NCBI GenBank assembly: GCA_038215615.1
Contig: JBBQQR010000005.1
Location: forward strand, 66,152-130,151
Length of the DNA: 64,000 bases
DNA from: Vulcanimicrobiales bacterium
GTDB lineage: Bacteria > Vulcanimicrobiota > Vulcanimicrobiia > Vulcanimicrobiales > Vulcanimicrobiaceae
Direction: 5' to 3'
Shown here: positions 59,635 through 64,000 of the stretch, piece after piece
How the letters are laid out: each line of letters begins with the position of its first letter
Position numbering within the stretch: position 1 is the first letter of the stretch
The notes under the pieces: generated by a model
Told to the model about the DNA's origin: nothing
Seen by the model: only the letters and a program-made list of their open reading frames with translations
Database searches by the model: none
Made by a program: the position numbers and the translations under genes

Positions 59635-59643
59635 ATTGTAGCA
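59635..59643 (-). promoter_or_regulatory. Internal extended -10 promoter for mnmG
   Basis: TGcTACAAT, 11 nt before the mnmG ATG. No SD. Confidence 0.5.
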
Positions 59644-59668
59644 GACGGTTCGCGAGTTTGCCCTGCTG

Positions 59669-61027
59669 TTATTTCCCGATGCAGAAGCGCGCGAAAATTT
59701 TGGTGAGCAACTCTTCGCCGGCGGCTTCGCCGGTAAGATGACCCAGGGCTGCAGACGCGCGCTGCAGGTCACCTGCGATGAAGTCGGCCGGCTCGCCGCG
59801 CTGCAGCGTTTCGGACGCGCGGCCAAGCGCTTCGAGGGCCTGCGCCACGGCGTCGAGTTCGAAGAGTGCCGCCAAGTGCGGGCGCTCCAGGTCCGGCAGC
59901 TCGCCGCCCCAGGCCGCGCGGGCGAGTGCGCCACGCAACGCCGCAAGCGTTGCGCCATCGAAAACCGAGCCGCAGACGACGGGGTGCCCGTCAAGTTCGC
60001 GCGCGCCGGCGTCGCCCAAATCACTTTTGTTGCAGAAGATCACGCGCGGGCGCGCTTGCGTCAAGTCGAGCACTTCGCGCGCCTCATCCCCCAAGGGCCG
60101 CGAGCCGTCGATCACCACGATCGCGGCGCTCGCTTCTGAAAGCGCGCGGCGCGTCCGCTCGACGCCGGCGCTTTCAAGCCGGCTCGCGTGCGCGCGGATG
60201 CCCGCGGTGTCGATAATCCGCACCGGAACGCCATCGACGTCGATCGTTTCCTCAATGGTGTCGCGCGTCGTGCCCGCAATCTCGGAGACGATTGCGCGAT
60301 CCTCGCCGAGCAGCGCGTTTAGCAACGAAGATTTTCCGGCATTGGGCGGGCCGACGATCGCGACGCCTACGCCTTCGCGGATCAGCCGTCCGGCTTCGCC
60401 TTCGCGCTGCAACCGGCGCAGCTCCGTTGCGATCGATTCCAGCGAAGTTTCGAGCTCGGTGCGATCGGGATCGCGAACTTCATCGGGAAAATCGATCGCT
60501 GCCGCAAGCTCTTCCAGAATCTTTGAAAGCCGCTCGCGCAACGCTTGCACTTCGCGTGCAACTCCGCCGCCGAGATTAGCCGCCGCGGCGCGGGCCGCCG
60601 ATCGCGATTCGGCCGCAAGCAGATCGGCAACGGCCGACGCTTCGTGCAGGTCCATCTTTCCGTTGAGCAGCGCACGGCGGCTAAACTCGCCGGCACCGGC
60701 ATAGCGCGCACCGCAGGCCAGCAGAGCGCGCACGACTTCGCGCGCCACGATGGGCGATCCATGAATCTGCAGCTCGAGCGTGTCTTCGCCCGTATAGCTA
60801 TGCGGCGCGACCGAAAGAATGGCGATGCCGCGATCGACCGTGGCACCGTTCTCGTCAACGACCGTACCGTGGGTCGCTACTTTCGGCGCTAATGCGTGTG
60901 AGGATCGAAACATCCGTGCGGCAAGCGATCTGGTTTCCGGACCGCTGACGCGCACGATCGCAATCGCCCCGGCGCCGGCCGGTGTCGCGATCGCACAAAT
61001 TGTCTGCGATGAGGGCATCGGCCTCAC
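59669..61027 (-). CDS. mnmE: tRNA modification GTPase
   Basis: TICAIAT, SYTGED, GPPNAGKSSL, GTTRD, DTAGIR, FCIGK. Confidence 0.97.
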   Translation of the reverse strand: MRPMPSSQTICAIATPAGAGAIAIVRVSGPETRSLAARMFRSSHALAPKVATHGTVVDENGATVDRGIAILSVAPHSYTGEDTLELQIHGSPIVAREVVRALLACGARYAGAGEFSRRALLNGKMDLHEASAVADLLAAESRSAARAAAANLGGGVAREVQALRERLSKILEELAAAIDFPDEVRDPDRTELETSLESIATELRRLQREGEAGRLIREGVGVAIVGPPNAGKSSLLNALLGEDRAIVSEIAGTTRDTIEETIDVDGVPVRIIDTAGIRAHASRLESAGVERTRRALSEASAAIVVIDGSRPLGDEAREVLDLTQARPRVIFCNKSDLGDAGARELDGHPVVCGSVFDGATLAALRGALARAAWGGELPDLERPHLAALFELDAVAQALEALGRASETLQRGEPADFIAGDLQRASAALGHLTGEAAGEELLTKIFARFCIGK

Positions 61028-61031
61028 CGGC

Positions 61032-61655
61032 CTATTTCGGGAAAATTACCACGCGGCGCTCGGGTTCTACGCCTTCGGACTCGGTGCGCACCAACTCGTT
61101 TTCGGCCAAAGCGATGTGCACGATCTTTCGCTCGGACGGCAGCATCGGTTCGAGCTTTTGGGGCGTCTTTTCGCGAACGCAGCGCTCGAGCGTCATCAAC
61201 GCCAAGTCCTTGAGTTGATCCGCGCGCCGTGCCCGATAGCCCTCGGCGTCGATCGTGTAGTATTTGCGGCCGGTCTTCACGCCGGCGTTGAGAATGTTGT
61301 TGAAGATCAAGTTCAGCGATTCGAGCGTGTTGCCGTGACGCCCGATGAGCATCGCCAAGTCCGGACCGGTCACTTCAAAGTACTCGCCTTCGGGTCGCGC
61401 GAGATAGCCGATCTCCGCGTGAGGCACGCCCATCTTTCCTAAGATCTCTTCGAGCAAAGCCCGCGCCGGCTTCGCTGCGTCGGGCATGGCGGTCTTGGCC
61501 CCACCGCGCGCCGGTGGGGCGCTGCGGCGCGTGCCGCTGGGCGGACGGCGTCCGCCGGAGCCGCCACGACGCACCCGCGTTCCCGTTCCGGGAATATCGC
61601 GGTCGCGAATCTCCGCGGGCTGCTGATCTTCGGGCTCGATGTCGTCTTCAAACAT
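61032..61655 (-). CDS. jag: Jag/KhpB-like KH-R3H RNA-binding protein
   Basis: LIGRHGNTL (KH), ERKIVH (R3H), S.G.EP.R. Position after yidC. Confidence 0.88.
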   Translation of the reverse strand: MFEDDIEPEDQQPAEIRDRDIPGTGTRVRRGGSGGRRPPSGTRRSAPPARGGAKTAMPDAAKPARALLEEILGKMGVPHAEIGYLARPEGEYFEVTGPDLAMLIGRHGNTLESLNLIFNNILNAGVKTGRKYYTIDAEGYRARRADQLKDLALMTLERCVREKTPQKLEPMLPSERKIVHIALAENELVRTESEGVEPERRVVIFPK

Positions 61656-61657
61656 AG

Positions 61658-62527
61658 CTACCTTCTTGCGCCTCTCTTTTTCTTTTTGTTTCTGCGCGAA
61701 CCGCCCCGCTGCTGGCCGGAGACTTCACCGTTGGCTTTGGGCAGCGCTTTGGTCTGCGCGTCCGCCGGCAAATCCGTGATCGCATGGAAGTCGTCCAGCG
61801 CCGAGAGCGGCTGGTGGTATTTGCCGAGCAGATAAAATTGTTGGCCCATCGTGAACAAGTTATAGGAAAACCAGTAGAGCACCATCGCCGACGGCCAATT
61901 GTAGCGAAGGCCCAAAAATCCGAGCATGAGCGGCGAGAAGATGGCCATGAGCTTCTGCGTCTGCGCCTGCTGCGGATCGGCTGACGGCATCGTGGCGTAG
62001 CGCGAGTAGAAATACATGGAGATCGCGTAGAGTAGCAGCAGCACGATGTCGGCTGCCGCTAAGTTCGGCGCGAAGATGTAGGCCTTCCATAAAAGCGGCG
62101 CTACGTGTTGCGTGAACGGGGCGCCGACCCACAGCCAGTGTTCGTTAGCGTAAAGATTCTTATGCGACCAGACAGCATAATAAACGCTGATGATAATCGG
62201 GTACTGCACGAGCATCGGCCAGCAGCCGGCCAGCGGATTGGCGCCTTCCCGCTTGTACAGCTCCATCGTTTCTTTTTGATAGCGCTGCGGATCGCTTTTG
62301 CCGTACTTGGTTTGCAGCGCTTTCATTTGCGGAGCGAGCTTTTGCATCTTGATCATCGACATGAACTGCTTGGTGTTCAGCGGCCACGAGATCAATTTAA
62401 ACCCGAGCGCGAAAATGACCAGACTCCAGCCGCGGCTATGTACGACGGAGTTGATCCCGTCGAGAATGGCGGTGATGCCGTTGACGATCGGATCCAGAAA
62501 CGCGTTGGTGGCGAAAATGAAATGCAC
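61658..62527 (-). CDS. yidC: Membrane protein insertase YidC (short form)
   Basis: LYKREGANPLAGCWP.LVQ.PI, PSA.VLYW. Confidence 0.93.
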   Translation of the reverse strand: MHFIFATNAFLDPIVNGITAILDGINSVVHSRGWSLVIFALGFKLISWPLNTKQFMSMIKMQKLAPQMKALQTKYGKSDPQRYQKETMELYKREGANPLAGCWPMLVQYPIIISVYYAVWSHKNLYANEHWLWVGAPFTQHVAPLLWKAYIFAPNLAAADIVLLLLYAISMYFYSRYATMPSADPQQAQTQKLMAIFSPLMLGFLGLRYNWPSAMVLYWFSYNLFTMGQQFYLLGKYHQPLSALDDFHAITDLPADAQTKALPKANGEVSGQQRGGSRRNKKKKRGARR

Positions 62528-62530
62528 GAT

Positions 62531-62746
62531 CTATCTCTCCGCTACGGGATCGAATCCGCCCGGATGAAACGGATGACAGCGGGCGAGGCGCGCGATTGCC
62601 ATCGCGCCTCCGCGAAACACGCCGTGTTTTTCACATGCCTGCGCAGCGTACTCCGAACAGCTCGGATAGAAGCGACACGCCGGCGGAAGAAGCGGCGAAA
62701 CCACAATCTTGTAAGCGCGCAGTGCGGCAACGGCGATCCGGCGCAC
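62531..62746 (-). CDS. yidD: Membrane protein insertion efficiency factor
   Basis: [21 protein letters not shown]. Confidence 0.95.
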   Translation of the reverse strand: MRRIAVAALRAYKIVVSPLLPPACRFYPSCSEYAAQACEKHGVFRGGAMAIARLARCHPFHPGGFDPVAER

Positions 62747-63066
62747 TACGCTAACGCTCGCGAAAGTTCGGAACGCAGGTCACCATACGTTGCGGCAGCC
62801 GTCGAGGGGCGCGCGACGACCAAAATCCGGATGTGCGGATCGGCGGGAACGAGTTCGTGCAAAGCGGCCGCGATGCGGCGCTTCACTGTATTACGGATGA
62901 CGGCTTTGCCGACGGCGGTCGAAACGGTAATGCCCACGAGCGGGCGTTCCCCCTTGGGGGCGCCTTCGCCGCGGTAAACGGTCAAATTCGGGGTGGCCAT
63001 ACGCCGGCCGCGCTGCCGGAGGCGGGCGAAGTCCGCTTGACGGCGCAAGCTGGCAAAGCGTCGCAT
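62746..63066 (-). CDS. rnpA: Ribonuclease P protein component
   Basis: [17 protein letters not shown]. Confidence 0.92.
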   Translation of the reverse strand: MRRFASLRRQADFARLRQRGRRMATPNLTVYRGEGAPKGERPLVGITVSTAVGKAVIRNTVKRRIAAALHELVPADPHIRILVVARPSTAAATYGDLRSELSRALA

Positions 63067-63200
63067 CAGACGCTGAGGCGCTTGCGGCCCTTTCTGCGGC
63101 GGGCCGCGATGACGCGGCGGCCGTTTTTGGTGGACATACGTTCGCGGAAACCGTGGACGCGTTTGCGCCGGCGGTTATGCGGTTGGAAGGTCCGCTTCAT
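63066..63200 (-). CDS. rpmH: 50S ribosomal protein L34
   Basis: Manual translation [49 protein letters not shown] overlap with rnpA. Confidence 0.98.
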   Translation of the reverse strand: MKRTFQPHNRRRKRVHGFRERMSTKNGRRVIAARRRKGRKRLSV

Positions 63201-63255
63201 GAAGGAATGTACTCCTGGGAACGTGCCGCGGATGCACCCGCCGGCACAGCCACCT

Positions 63256-63285
63256 AGTATAGGGCCCGCACGACCGCAGCGTCAA
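63256..63285 (-). promoter_or_regulatory. Sigma70 promoter for the rpmH operon
   Basis: TTGACG-N18-TATACT. Confidence 0.75.
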
Positions 63286-63308
63286 GGGATTCGGGTGGTA
63301 CGCTCTCT

Positions 63309-63464
63309 TTAGCTGAACATGCTTCCGCACTGCTTGCAGTGGTGCTCGTCGGGATGCCTGCTATGGAAGTTGCTTGACTCGGTCGAGGGTTGACTCCAGC
63401 TCGAGTGCGCTGCCTGGCAATCTTCGCGCGTACCCGTTCCGGCGGGCTGTCCTTGGTCCGTCAT
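63309..63464 (-). CDS. 51-aa Cys/His-rich microprotein in the rpmH-dnaA intergenic region
   Basis: AGGAG SD 6 nt before the ATG. Sequence MTDQGQPAGTGTREDCQAAHSSWSQPSTESSNFHSRHPDEHHCKQCGSMFS. Has its own promoter upstream. Confidence 0.65.
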   Translation of the reverse strand: MTDQGQPAGTGTREDCQAAHSSWSQPSTESSNFHSRHPDEHHCKQCGSMFS

Positions 63465-63588
63465 GTGGGTCTCCTGTAAGAACATGGGTGGAGCCGCTTG
63501 GTTGTCTTAGTCGGTCGGCATTGGCCCGGGCCGGCCTTTTGTCAAACTCTTGCGTGGGAAATTAACATACTTTTTGAGAGGGCGGTCT

Positions 63589-63617
63589 AGTATATGCATC
63601 CGCGTTCCGGCCGTCAA
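63589..63617 (-). promoter_or_regulatory. Sigma70 promoter upstream of the 51-aa ORF
   Basis: TTGACG-N17-TATACT, the same hexamers as the rpmH promoter. Confidence 0.75.
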
Positions 63618-63638
63618 GCAAAGATTGAGAAACGGCCG

Positions 63639-63830
63639 CTCTCCACACTTGTGGAAAAGGCTGTGGACAGCGCGCCGCTGACGCTTGCTAGACTTGGGTC
63701 TAAAAGCCCGGCGCGACGGGCATTTTCCCGCCTGTCAATACATGTCAGGCAGCGGTGGAATACGTGTGTTTTGACCTGAAAAACCGGTGGTTTTACACCT
63801 GTGGATAAGTGGATAAGAATCTCTTAATTT
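63639..63830. other. DnaA-box cluster (oriC region and/or dnaA autoregulation)
   Basis: TGTGGATAA (63800-63808, perfect), AGTGGATAA (63808-63816), TGTGGAAAA (63650-63658), TGTGGACAG (63662-63670), CTCTCCACA (63639-63647). Lies between rpmH and dnaA. Confidence 0.82.
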
Positions 63831-63945
63831 ACCGCAGGATACGACCCCGATAGCGCCACCCTGTGCGCCTCCACGAAGGGACTACGCCGTTAGACTTTTG
63901 TCGACGGTGGAGTTCCAAACTAGACGACGACGGGACGGATACAGG

Positions 63946-64000
63946 ATGGCGCTTGCGGCTGGAAACACCGATATTTCCAATGAACTGTGGCAAACCGCAC
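63946..64000 (+). CDS. dnaA: Chromosomal replication initiator DnaA, 5' fragment
   Basis: MALAAGNTDISNELWQTA shows the ELW pattern of DnaA domain I. Divergent from rpmH, downstream of DnaA boxes. Only 18 codons are visible. Confidence 0.7.
   Translation, partial: MALAAGNTDISNELWQTA

Noticed and set aside
63374..63779. Plus-strand 63-aa and 61-aa ORFs in the origin region
   Set aside because: No SD or motifs; they overlap DnaA boxes or the better-supported minus-strand microprotein
1..64000. CRISPR array, prophage, transposase, tRNA, rRNA, T-box or TPP/ZTP riboswitch
   Set aside because: I saw no regularly spaced repeats or recognisable motifs, and most candidate genes have no leader space. 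A covariance-model scan would be needed to exclude small RNAs fully.

Overview
Origin-proximal core chromosome of a GC-rich, LPS-making bacterium with Firmicutes-like gene order. An Eremiobacterota/Vulcanimicrobiota-like lineage is my inference and was not tested. The right end holds the start of dnaA, a DnaA-box cluster (oriC) and the minus-strand run rpmH-rnpA-yidD-yidC-jag-mnmE-mnmG-rsmG-(parS)-cca-parA-parB-thiE-thiD-trpS. Moving left come a selenocysteine formate dehydrogenase (in-frame UGA plus SECIS) with Fe-S and NrfD subunits, dacB, and a 1068-aa six-repeat Ig-like (DUF11-type) protein coupled to a membrane HEAT-like protein. Next are rpmA-obg-nadD-maf-mreCD-mrdA, then fabF-rnc-smc-purH, and an LPS/heptose block between hisS and aspS. 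The left end holds a putative murein-peptide/D-Glu recycling operon, a 6S RNA and rpiB-glyA-upp-dCMP deaminase-wecA-wecB. Signals absent from the ORF track: (i) a 51-aa Cys/His microprotein with its own consensus promoter and SD between rpmH and dnaA; (ii) two sequence-divergent intergenic elements with the same multi-hairpin layout and GGA-type loops; (iii) several core genes (smc, mreC, parA, thiE, maf) that appear to use non-canonical start codons; (iv) three genes broken by single -1 frameshifts at homopolymers, possibly assembly errors; (v) a 57-aa hyper-acidic microprotein beside a stand-alone HExxH peptidase. I saw no CRISPR array, prophage, transposase, rRNA or tRNA.
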